From an uncultured virus (IMG/VR IMGVR_UViG_3300047319_001747) (lineage: Duplodnaviria > Heunggongvirae > Uroviricota > Caudoviricetes), in the IMG/VR virus record IMGVR_UViG_3300047319_001747: a stretch of 20,000 bases of DNA. One strand, given 5' to 3'. The notes under the pieces were generated by a model. It was not told the origin of the DNA, did no database searches, and saw nothing but the letters and a program-made list of their open reading frames with translations. Made by a program: the position numbers and the translations under genes. Shown piece after piece: positions 1-8,600 of this stretch. The stretch's first letter is position 1. Every line of letters starts with the position of its first letter.

Positions 1-1
1 C

Positions 2-403
2 TTGTTGATGTGCGGCAACGACGACATGGTGTTTCATACGTTCGGGTGGGATCACCACATCCTGGAGGCGGCGAACCAGTACCCGGACGGCGTGTTCGAC
101 TTCGGCGTCCACACGCACAACGAGGCGAACTTCCCGTTTGCAACGGTCTCTCGGATGGCATGCGACCGGCTGGGGTTCTTCTTCGACCCGCGCACCTTCT
201 GGGGCGACATCTTCTGGCGCGACGTTACGTCGCACTTCGGACGCGCCATCATGCTGCCGCACGTGCACATCGATCACGACTGGGTAGGATTCAACCCGGA
301 TCAGATCTTTCTCGACGGGGAAGGCGCGCGACGTTCGAATCACATGCAATACCACGGACAGGCCGTGGCGGAAGCCGTCAACAAGTTGAGGAGCGCAGCA
401 TGA
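2..403 (+). CDS. Glycosyltransferase, GT-A fold (GT2-like), 5'-truncated by the window edge
   Basis: Open from the window start; NDD (DxD-type) motif in 'MCGNDDMVF' and later 'FWGD..W' and 'HIDH' segments typical of GT-A enzymes; stop overlaps the next ATG (ATGA at 400-403). Confidence 0.65.
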   Translation: MLMCGNDDMVFHTFGWDHHILEAANQYPDGVFDFGVHTHNEANFPFATVSRMACDRLGFFFDPRTFWGDIFWRDVTSHFGRAIMLPHVHIDHDWVGFNPDQIFLDGEGARRSNHMQYHGQAVAEAVNKLRSAA

Positions 404-1062
404 AGCCCATGCACGTGTGCATTCCGGTCCTGAAGCGGTACGACCTCCTTCACAACCTCTTGGAGTCGTTGCGTGCCAGTACCGTCGAACCGGCAGGCGC
501 CTACGTCATCGACAACGGGCGCAACGCGGTCCGCGTCAACGCAGCGGTCAGCGACTGTCAGTTCCCGGTCATCGTGTGGACGCCCGAAGAGCCGATGGGC
601 ATCGCCGAGAGCTGGAACTGGTTCCTCGACCACGTGCCCGAGGAGCGCATCATCACGAACGACGACGTGGTCTTCGGGCCACAGACGCTGGCGAAGTTTG
701 CCGCGACGGAGAAGGACATTGTGTGGGCGGCCGAGGCGGGCTTCTCGTGCTTCATCATTCGCGACAGCTGCGTAAAGAAGATTGGGCTATTCGATGAGTC
801 GATCTCACCGGGGTATGGCTATTGGGAAGATGAAGATTACGCCATGCGCCTTAACCGCAAAGGCAAGGGACCAGAGTTTGCGTCGTGTGGTGACGTCGTT
901 TGTGGGGTGGAACATTTGCATAGTAAGACGCTTGAAGTGGCAACGCCGGTGGAGATGGAGGAGCATCACCGTCGGTTCTGGATCGCGCAGCACAACTACA
1001 TCGAGAAGTGGGGGCTGCAAAGGGAGTACGCGAAAGGACTCGTAGAAGGGATGGTCAAGTGA
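400..1062 (+). CDS. Glycosyltransferase family 2 (GT-A), 220 aa
   Basis: Start re-placed at ATG 400 (GAGGAG at 388-393, ATGA overlap). Motifs 'VCIPV', 'VIDNG', 'IAESWN', 'ITNDDV', 'IGLFDE', 'WEDEDYAMR' are GT2 hallmarks. Confidence 0.85.
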   Translation: MKPMHVCIPVLKRYDLLHNLLESLRASTVEPAGAYVIDNGRNAVRVNAAVSDCQFPVIVWTPEEPMGIAESWNWFLDHVPEERIITNDDVVFGPQTLAKFAATEKDIVWAAEAGFSCFIIRDSCVKKIGLFDESISPGYGYWEDEDYAMRLNRKGKGPEFASCGDVVCGVEHLHSKTLEVATPVEMEEHHRRFWIAQHNYIEKWGLQREYAKGLVEGMVK

Positions 1063-1286
1063 CTTTACAAGTAGCTCGCATGCTCGCCGAATCACTTGCC
1101 ATGCAACTAGCGACATGCCCTCAGCAGTTGTGCGATGATGCCTTTCGAGAAGGCATGCATCCCCGACTGGTGGCGGGCCTGCGTGCGGCGCGAAATGCAT
1201 TCACGGAATACGTTGGGGAAAATGATGCAGAGGAGCTCATGAAATCAATTCACGAAGAAGTGGCAGCGGGGTTGAAGGAGTTATGA
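1059..1286 (+). CDS. Hypothetical protein, 75 aa
   Basis: GTG 1059 overlaps the upstream TGA and its stop overlaps the downstream ATG; fills the gap exactly; lower GC than neighbours. Confidence 0.6.
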   Translation: MTLQVARMLAESLAMQLATCPQQLCDDAFREGMHPRLVAGLRAARNAFTEYVGENDAEELMKSIHEEVAAGLKEL

Positions 1287-1813
1287 TCACGTTCCTCGTT
1301 CCGACGATCGGCCGCAAGTCGTTGATCGATACGCTGCGCTCCATCGAGACGCTGCCAGGCGACGAGATCCTCGTCGTCGGCGGCAGCAACCCGGTCTGCT
1401 CCGACCCGCGCGTGCGCTGCATCCCCTGCAAGCCAGGAGGCGACTGGGGACACACCGAACGCAACTACGCGACGCCGATGGCGAAGGGCCAGTACATCGC
1501 GCACATCGACGATGACGACATCTATGCGCCGGGGCACCGCGCGCTGATGCAAGACGCTATCCAACGGGCGCCAGGTCAGCCGGTGCTGTTCCGGATGCAG
1601 TATCCAAGTGGGGCAACATTGTGGCAAGAAAAAGTCCTTCGGTGTGGGAATGTTGGGACGCCGATGTTCTTGATCCCGAACCAACCCGAGAAGCTTGGAA
1701 CGTGGAGATCGTTCGTCGGAGGTGACTTCGTCTTCCTTGAAGAGTCGAAGTGGGCGCCGGAGGAGTTCGTGTGGCGCGAAGAAGTCGTCGCGCTGCTGGG
1801 GCATAACGTATGA
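1283..1813 (+). CDS. Glycosyltransferase family 2 (GT-A), 176 aa
   Basis: AAGGAG RBS; 'ITFLVPT', 'EILVV', 'GHTERN...AKGQYIAHIDDDD' classical GT2 N-terminal pattern. Confidence 0.85.
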   Translation: MITFLVPTIGRKSLIDTLRSIETLPGDEILVVGGSNPVCSDPRVRCIPCKPGGDWGHTERNYATPMAKGQYIAHIDDDDIYAPGHRALMQDAIQRAPGQPVLFRMQYPSGATLWQEKVLRCGNVGTPMFLIPNQPEKLGTWRSFVGGDFVFLEESKWAPEEFVWREEVVALLGHNV

Positions 1814-2043
1814 TCATCGGCTTCAATGAACCAGCGCCGATCGGTACCATCACGCGCATCGACATCATCAAGGGTGAGGAGTACTACACAGATGTGCCTG
1901 TCATGGTCATGCGAGCAGCGACTGCTGAAGAGTGGCTCGCCGATGCAGTGGACCGCTATGGCGAGAAGGAGGGGAGAGCTATCCTAGCAGAACGACTGGC
2001 TCAGTTTCCGAATGCCGTGTTTTACGACGTGAGCATTGATTAG
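1810..2043 (+). CDS. Hypothetical protein, 77 aa
   Basis: ATGA overlap with upstream GT2; fills the gap to the GT4 gene. Confidence 0.6.
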   Translation: MIIGFNEPAPIGTITRIDIIKGEEYYTDVPVMVMRAATAEEWLADAVDRYGEKEGRAILAERLAQFPNAVFYDVSID

Positions 2044-2059
2044 CGTGGGGCTAATGACT

Positions 2060-3265
2060 ATGAAAAATCTCCTCTGGATCGGCGACGCAGGCGTTCCCAG
2101 CGGGTTCGCGCTCGCGACGCACAAGACCCTCGACGTACTGAGGGAGCACTACAACGTGACGGTGCTGGGCATCAACTACCGTGGCGACCCGCACACGTAT
2201 CCCTATCCCATCTACGCGGCGGCGACCGAGGGCGATTCGGTCGGCTACGGGCGGATCATTTGGATGTGTGACGTCGTGAAGCCAGACGTCATCGTGCTGC
2301 AGAACGACCCCTGGCTGATTCCGGGGTATCTGCAGCGACTGCGTCAGTTCCCCGAGTTCCGCAACATCCCGGTCGTCGCGTCGATTCCGGTCGACGGCAA
2401 GAACCAGAACGGCACGCAGCACCTCAACGGCCTCGCGATGGCCATCTTCTGGACCGACTTCGGGCTGAAGGAGGCGCGGCGAGGCGGCTACACGGGACCG
2501 GCGGTGGTCATCCCGCTCGGCGTGGACCTCGACACCTACTACCCGGTCGACAAGCGCGAGGCGCGGCTGGCGCGCAAGCTCGACTTCGTGGTCGACAAGT
2601 TCATCGTCGGCAACGTCAACCGCAACCAGCCGCGCAAGCGGTGGGACCTGACGATCAAGTACTTCGCCGAGTGGACGAAGGCCGAGAAGATCTTCGACGC
2701 GCACCTCTACCTCCACACGGCGCCGACGGGCGACGTTGGCTGTGACGTCAAGCAGCTGATGAAATACTATGGCGTCTACGACCGCCTGATCCACCGGGAA
2801 CCGGCCATCTGGTATGGCGACGAAGACACCATGATGGCCGTAACCTACAACTGCTTTGACGTTCAGGTCTCGACGACGCAGGGCGAGGGCTTCGGCCTGA
2901 CAACGTTCGAGGGGATGGCCTGCGCCGTGCCGCAGATCGTGCCTGACTGGGCGGCACTCGGCGAGCTGACGCCCGGCGCGGCGGCCCTTGTCCCGTGCCT
3001 GTCGACGGCCATCGGCTGGCCGTATCTGAACGTCATCGGCGGTATCCCGGACCAGGAACTGTTCACGCGGCAGCTCAGCCAGATGTACCACGACAAGGAG
3101 TACCGTGCCGAGGTCGGCCGTCGCGGCTTCCACCGGGCCAACGAGGACCGGTTCCGGTGGTCCAATATCGGCCGTCGGTGGCTGGACGTGCTGGCGGGTG
3201 TCGAGCAGAAGCACAACGAGATCACGTGGCAGGACCTCGGGCGACCCGAGGAGGTGACAACGTGA
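2060..3265 (+). CDS. Glycosyltransferase family 4 (GT-B fold)
   Basis: 'LLWIGDAGVPSGFA' N-terminus, 'IPLGVD', 'NVNRNQPRKRWD', and 'EGFGLTTFEGMACAVPQI' (EX7E motif). Start ATG 2060 or 2054. Confidence 0.9.
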   Translation: MKNLLWIGDAGVPSGFALATHKTLDVLREHYNVTVLGINYRGDPHTYPYPIYAAATEGDSVGYGRIIWMCDVVKPDVIVLQNDPWLIPGYLQRLRQFPEFRNIPVVASIPVDGKNQNGTQHLNGLAMAIFWTDFGLKEARRGGYTGPAVVIPLGVDLDTYYPVDKREARLARKLDFVVDKFIVGNVNRNQPRKRWDLTIKYFAEWTKAEKIFDAHLYLHTAPTGDVGCDVKQLMKYYGVYDRLIHREPAIWYGDEDTMMAVTYNCFDVQVSTTQGEGFGLTTFEGMACAVPQIVPDWAALGELTPGAAALVPCLSTAIGWPYLNVIGGIPDQELFTRQLSQMYHDKEYRAEVGRRGFHRANEDRFRWSNIGRRWLDVLAGVEQKHNEITWQDLGRPEEVTT

Positions 3266-3684
3266 AGGGCACCGCCGAGATGCTGGCCAAACTCAAGAAG
3301 GTCACGGCGATCTTCCCCGAGCGCGTCGGCGCGTCCCTGTACAAGCGCGGGCAGATCATCATGACGGCGAGCAAGCGGCTGTGCCCCGTGGCGCCGGACG
3401 GTGGCACGCTGCGTGCGTCGGGGATGGTCCATCCGCCAGAACGGGTGCGGAATACCATCTCGGTGACGCTCTCCTACGGGGGCGCGGCCGAAGCGTATGC
3501 CATTGCCGTGCACGAGCACCTTTCGGAGCACTCGCCGCCGTCGTGGCGGAACCATCCGAACGACATTCACTGGAACGTGCCTGGCACCGGGCCGAAGTTC
3601 CTGGAACGTCCGATCAACGAGGCGCAGTCGACGCTGGCGCACGACGTCGCGTCCGACATCCACTTGGAAGGGTTGAGGCTCTGA
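3262..3684 (+). CDS. HK97 gp10-like tail completion / head-tail morphogenesis protein, 140 aa
   Basis: GTG 3262 with GAGGAGG RBS, GTGA overlap; 'CPVAPDGGTLRASG', 'YAIAVHE', 'PKFLERP' match the gp10-family pattern; position before terminator and major tail genes. Confidence 0.8.
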   Translation: MKGTAEMLAKLKKVTAIFPERVGASLYKRGQIIMTASKRLCPVAPDGGTLRASGMVHPPERVRNTISVTLSYGGAAEAYAIAVHEHLSEHSPPSWRNHPNDIHWNVPGTGPKFLERPINEAQSTLAHDVASDIHLEGLRL

Positions 3685-3881
3685 TGGCACAAATCATGGG
3701 TACGCTGAACCTCTACAATGCGCTCAAGGCCGAAGGCTTCGAGTTGCCCAAGAACTGCGGCGACGTCCAATTGGAAATGCCTGTCGATGGCGTATTTGTG
3801 ATGGTCTATCGCGTGATGCTAGATCAGGAAGACTTGATGAAACTTGGGCGGGCGTTGGCGCGCATGGGTGAAAAGGTCTGA
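3684..3881 (+). CDS. Hypothetical protein, 65 aa
   Basis: TGATG overlaps at both ends (3682-3686 and 3879-3883). Confidence 0.6.
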   Translation: MAQIMGTLNLYNALKAEGFELPKNCGDVQLEMPVDGVFVMVYRVMLDQEDLMKLGRALARMGEKV

Positions 3882-4285
3882 TGCCATTCCTTGACGACAT
3901 CGCGGCGCGGCTCGTCGCCGCTGGCGTCGGTACGAAGGGTTCGAACATCTTCCTCGGGTCCAATGCCGTCATCCCAGACGGTGCCGGTCCGTTCCTGACG
4001 GTCACCGAGACCGGTGGCATGGCGCCGACGCGCATCCAGAACAAGGCGAGCGCCGCGACGCAGCGGCCGACGGCGCAGGTCGCCGTGCGCGCGGCGACGT
4101 ATCCGCCCGCCCGCACGATGGCGACGGCGGCGTACGCGGCACTCGACGGCATCTACAATACGACACTAGGCAGTACATTCTATCAGGTCGTGCGAGCACG
4201 GCAAGAACCGACAGACATCGGGTTAGACGGCGTGGGGCGCCCTGTTATCGTGTTCAATATCGAAGCGGAAAAGGAGCCATCGTGA
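3881..4285 (+). CDS. Tail terminator / 'minor capsid' family protein, 134 aa
   Basis: Size, position just before the major tail gene, and pattern 'NIFLG...PD...ETGG...RPTAQVAVRA...QEP..IGLD..GRP..VFN'. Confidence 0.75.
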   Translation: MPFLDDIAARLVAAGVGTKGSNIFLGSNAVIPDGAGPFLTVTETGGMAPTRIQNKASAATQRPTAQVAVRAATYPPARTMATAAYAALDGIYNTTLGSTFYQVVRARQEPTDIGLDGVGRPVIVFNIEAEKEPS

Positions 4286-4346
4286 CTGCCTAGCAGATCA
4301 AGCACAATGTCGTGCTTCGGCTCCCTCTTATACAGGAGTGTGACCC

Positions 4347-4850
4347 ATGAGAAGCGTCAGTAAGTTCTTGTTCCCCGTTCAGCATCTCCTCGAATCAACG
4401 CCAGAAGGCGTCTTCGAGGCCATCAGTGGACACGGAACAAAAGTCGCCCGCGCGCCCGCCGCGACTCCCACGGTCTTCACCGACATCGCCGAGATGAAGG
4501 ACGTCGCACCGCCAGAACTCAGCCGCAACGAGTTCGACGCGACGACCCAGAACCTCAACATCGACACCTACGTGGTCGGCGTGCTGCGCCGCACGGGGTT
4601 CACGATGGAACTGAACTTCCTCGACACCGACGCGTCGCACGACCACATCACGGGTCTGCTCAAGGCTACGATCACTGAGCCGCCGCCGGTAGACGGCTAT
4701 CGGTTGACGTTTCCGAGCGGCGTCGTCTGGGTGATGTCGGGTCAGGTCTCGAAGTTTGCGCCGAAGTATCCCGTCGATGGATTGCAGGCTGCTTCGGTCA
4801 CGATTCGACCGACGGGCCGCATGACCATCAACGGCATCATCATCGGCTAG
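4347..4850 (+). CDS. Major tail (tube) protein, 167 aa
   Basis: AGGAG RBS; 'FTDIAEMKDVAPPELSRNEFDAT', 'YRLTFPSG', 'ASVTIRPTG' resemble lambda gpV/TP901-type tube proteins; synteny before chaperones and tape measure. Confidence 0.85.
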   Translation: MRSVSKFLFPVQHLLESTPEGVFEAISGHGTKVARAPAATPTVFTDIAEMKDVAPPELSRNEFDATTQNLNIDTYVVGVLRRTGFTMELNFLDTDASHDHITGLLKATITEPPPVDGYRLTFPSGVVWVMSGQVSKFAPKYPVDGLQAASVTIRPTGRMTINGIIIG

Positions 4851-4855
4851 GTCTG

Positions 4856-4936
4856 CCCCACGCAGCGTCACTCCCTCTCTGCCGGTCTTAGAGAGGTGGC
4901 GTAATTGGAGACCGGCACCAACTCGTATGCGTGGGG
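4856..4936 (+). promoter_or_regulatory. Structured intergenic RNA element (three-way junction with complementary loops) overlapping the RBS of the chaperone gene
   Basis: CCCCACGCA 4856-4864 / TGCGTGGGG 4928-4936; hairpin 4865-4902; loop GCCGGTCT 4881-4888 complementary to AGACCGGC 4909-4916. Confidence 0.55.
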
Positions 4937-4946
4937 AGAGTGAGTT

Positions 4947-5321
4947 ATGAGCAACGAACGAATCTTGACGATCGACGAAATGCTGGCGGCGGATGACGTT
5001 GAGTACACGAACATCAAGACGTGGAAGGTCAAGGACCCGAAGACGGGCGAGATGGTCCAAGGCTACGTCCGCATCGTCTCGCTGACCGCCGAGGACGTCA
5101 TCAAGTGGCGTGAGTCGAGCGAAGGCGAGGCGAAGCGTACGATGGGCATCCGGCTGCTCGTCGACAGCCTCGTCGATGAGCACGGGACGCACATCGGCTC
5201 GCCGAAGTATTACGAGATGTTCAAGAAGAAGAGCAACGCCGTCATGGAGCGAATCCTGGCCGAGGTGATCCAGCTGAACGGCATGACGGTGAAGGCGGAG
5301 GAGAAAACAAAAAACGCCTGA
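4947..5321 (+). CDS. Tail assembly chaperone (lambda gpG-like), 124 aa
   Basis: Lies between the major tail and tape measure genes and ends in the slippery heptamer A AAA AAC. Confidence 0.85.
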   Translation: MSNERILTIDEMLAADDVEYTNIKTWKVKDPKTGEMVQGYVRIVSLTAEDVIKWRESSEGEAKRTMGIRLLVDSLVDEHGTHIGSPKYYEMFKKKSNAVMERILAEVIQLNGMTVKAEEKTKNA

Positions 5322-5371
5322 CGCGAAGCCCGAGCAGGCGCTTCGCCTATCAGATGGCCGTGAAGCTCGGG
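5309..5371 (+). promoter_or_regulatory. Programmed -1 ribosomal frameshift site with downstream stem-loop/pseudoknot
   Basis: A AAA AAC at 5309-5315 in the gpG frame; stem GCGAAGC 5323-5329 / GCTTCGC 5340-5346; loop CCGAGC 5330-5335 complementary to GCTCGG 5365-5370; -1 frame open to 5662. Confidence 0.85.
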
Positions 5372-5662
5372 AGGGTCAACGTCGACGCGATGCTTCGGAG
5401 CATCACGGCCAAGCAGTTTCAGGAGTGGGAAGCCTATGCGAAGCTGGAACCGTTCAACGAGCTGCGCGACGACTACCGGTTCGCGAGCATCGTGGCGATG
5501 ATCTTCAACATGGCGGTGGCGGTGAAGGACAGGAAGACGCTGGCGGAGTTCGTGTTGCCGTTCGGCGAGCAGCCGGAGCCGCCGCCGAAGAAGCCGGAAG
5601 AGCTGGAGTTCTGGGCCAAGATGATCGCGCTGGCATACTCGGTCGATGCAAAGGACGCCTAG
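5312..5662 (+). CDS. Tail assembly chaperone frameshift extension (gpT-like part of the gpGT fusion 4947-5662)
   Basis: -1 frame reads KRLTRSPSRRFAYQMAVKLGRVNVDAMLRSITAKQFQEWEAYAKLEPF..., typical of gpT-like extensions; ends immediately before the tape measure ATG. Confidence 0.8.
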   Translation, partial: KRLTRSPSRRFAYQMAVKLGRVNVDAMLRSITAKQFQEWEAYAKLEPFNELRDDYRFASIVAMIFNMAVAVKDRKTLAEFVLPFGEQPEPPPKKPEELEFWAKMIALAYSVDAKDA

Positions 5663-8600
5663 ATGGAAATAGGGTCGCTGACAGGCGAGATTACCCTCGA
5701 AGACAAGGCGACAGAGGTCATCCTTCAGTTCTCGGACAAGGTCAAGAAGTTCGCCGAGGAGATGGAAGGTGTGTCCGGTGCCATCGCCATCGGCTTCGGC
5801 GTCGTCACGGCCGCCGTCCTCGCGACGTCGGCGAGCATCGTGGCGCTCGGCGAGAAGGGGTCGACGCTGCTCGGCGTTGAGACGGCGTTCGACCACCTAG
5901 CCGAAGCGGCCGGGACGACGGGTGACAACCTGCGCGGCGCGCTGTCCGAAGGGCTGAAGGGCACCGTCGACGACATGGACGCCATGCAGTCCGTGCAACG
6001 TCTGCTCGTATCAGGGTTCAAGCTCACCGACGAACAGGCCACGACCCTCGCGCAGACGGCGCGCGAGCTTGGGAAGGCGTTCGGCAAGGATGCGGCCGAA
6101 GAGTTAGACATCCTGAGCACGTCGCTGGCCACCGGGAGGACGCGGGCGCTGACGATGCAGGGCGTCGTCATCGACGTGAAGAAGGGTGAAGAGGAGTTCG
6201 CCAAGTCCATCGGAACGACTGTCGATCAGCTGAACGCCGAGGGCCTGCTCGAGGGCAAGCGCATCGCCATCATGGAAGGCGTCAAGGGCAAGCGTGACGC
6301 CCTTGGCATCTCCGAACTCAGCTTCAAGGAGATGGTGCAGAATACGAACGTCGCCCTCGAAGAGTGGGGCGAGAAGCTGGCCAAGTCCGTCGCGTCATCA
6401 CCTGACGTGCTGAGGGCGTACGAGACGATGAGGGACGCGGTCATCAAGACGTTCGGCGGCGACTCTCAGGACCTGATGGCGACGATGACCGGGTGGATCA
6501 ACGCCTTCGCCAAGAGCGTCACGGAGCACGGGCCGGCCATCGTCAGTACGCTGGGCAACGTGGTCGACGGTATCAAGGGCATTTACGATTTCCTGTTGGA
6601 GCACGAGGACGACATCAAGACCCTCGCCGTCGGCGTTGCCGCGTATACCGCTGCATGGGCGGCGCTTGAAATCGGTGGGACGATCGTCACCGGCGTCATT
6701 GCCGGCATCAAGGCGATCACGCTCGCGGCGGAGATACTGGAGGCTGGGTCGTTGGTCGGCCTCATCACGCCAATCGGCCTCGTCGCGGCTGCTGTGGCCG
6801 GCCTCGCCATCGCCGTCTACAAGTTCAACCAGGAGATGAAGAACATCCAGAAGCCCAGCACCACGGGCGACCTGCTCGCCAGCCTCAAGACGGAGGCGGG
6901 CGCGAAGGCGATGACCATCGACGAGTTCAACGCGAAGCTGGCCGCGAAGCCGCAGCTGGAAGCTGGAAAGACACTCACGATTCCTGGCATCATGGCGCCT
7001 GGCGCTGGACTTCCAGATAACGCGCAGTATGTCAAGGACCAGGCCGAGAAGATCGAGAAGGCCACGACCGACAGCATCGCAAAGACGGAAGGCCTCTGGG
7101 ACCAGTACTTCATCACCATCGACAAGATGAGCGGCGACACGGTGGGCGCGCAGATCGGGGCGATCGACCGCAAGCGAGAGGCTGAGATCGCCTCGCTCGA
7201 CAAGACGAAGAAGTACAACCAGGACTATCAGAATCAGCTGCAGGCGATCGAGGCCGTGGCGGCGGTCAACCGTGCTGCCATCTTTGAGGACTTGTATAGG
7301 AAGGACGTGGCAGCTGCGGATCAAGCGGTGAAGGACCGCTTGCAGCTGGCCTATGACGAGGGAATAAAAGAAGCCGACCTACGGAAGTCTGGAAGCGATA
7401 AAGTCATCGATGCATGGAAGAAGACCCAAGACGATTTGGTAGCGATCAATGCCACGGGGCTGGACAAACAGCTGCTCAACATCAACAAATCGGCCGACGA
7501 CCAGATCGCCGTCATCAAGGAGATGACGGACAAGGAACCAGGATATACGCAGGCGGCGGTCGACAACGTGAACGCCATTCGGCAGCAGCAGATTGATGCC
7601 CTGTACGTCGACAACGCCGCGCTCCAGGACAACTCGGCCGAGACGCTCCAGGCCATCGCCGACAAGGCGTACACCACGTACCTGGCGATGGCGGCAGCTG
7701 GCGGCGAGTACTCCGAGGTGACGATCAAGCACTTCAAGGAGGTCGCCGACGCGGCGCAGCGCACGGCCAGCGGCATCGGGAAGAGCCTCGGGTCGGACCT
7801 GTTCGACGCCCTGAAGGGCGTCCCGCAGACCCTCGCCGATGCCTTCAAGGGCGGCGGCAGCCTGCTCGGCGCCGCTGAGTCACTCGGCTCGCAGTTTGGC
7901 GCCATCTTCGGCAAGCACATCGGCACCGCCATCGGCGGCGCGCTCTCGATCGCTGGTCCCATCGGCGCGGCCATCGGCTCGCTCGTCGGCCCGCTCATCG
8001 ACATGTTCGCAAAGCTCGGCGGCCCGTCGAAGGACGAGCTGGCCGCTCGCTCCACCTTCGCCGACTTCCAGAAGCAGTTCGGCACGCTGCCGCAAACGAT
8101 CGACAAGGTTGGCGCCGCGTACGCCCGCATGGGCCTCACGGGGACCGACGCGCAGCGCGACCTGCAGCGCGCGCTCGACGCCACGCACGTGAGCGCGGCG
8201 GCCGAGGCGTCGGCCCTCGACACCATCAACCTCGTACTCGAGGCCGACAAGCAGCGGACGGCGGACCTGGCCTCGGCCACGCAGGACGTCATCACGGCCG
8301 GGCAGGGGTTCTCCGGGCCGCTGCCCGACGCCATCAAGGTGACCATCGACCAGATCATGAACGCCTCCGGCGCCACCGACGCGATGAAGGCGGCGCTCCA
8401 AGGCGTGCTCGACAAGGCGAAGCCCGACTACGAGCAGCTCACGAAGCTGGCCGAGACCTACGGCCTCTCGCTCCAGGACCTCGGGCCGAAGTTCGAGCAG
8501 GCGAACGTCGAGGGGCGCGCGAAGAAGATCTTCGACGACTTCACGGCCCTCACGCAGGCGGGCGGCGACGTCGGCGGCGTGCTGAGCCACATGAAGGACC

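Noticed and set aside
10..399. N-terminal extensions of ORF-track calls (10-1062, 2995-3684, 3381-3881, 15216-16022, 15877-18153, 18217-18663, 18745-19203)
   Set aside because: Extensions overlap upstream genes; internal starts with RBS, stop/start overlaps or signal peptides are much better supported.
4286..4346. Short hairpins before the major tail gene (AAGCAC/GTGCTT)
   Set aside because: Only a 6-bp stem with no U-tract; insufficient to call a terminator or regulatory RNA.
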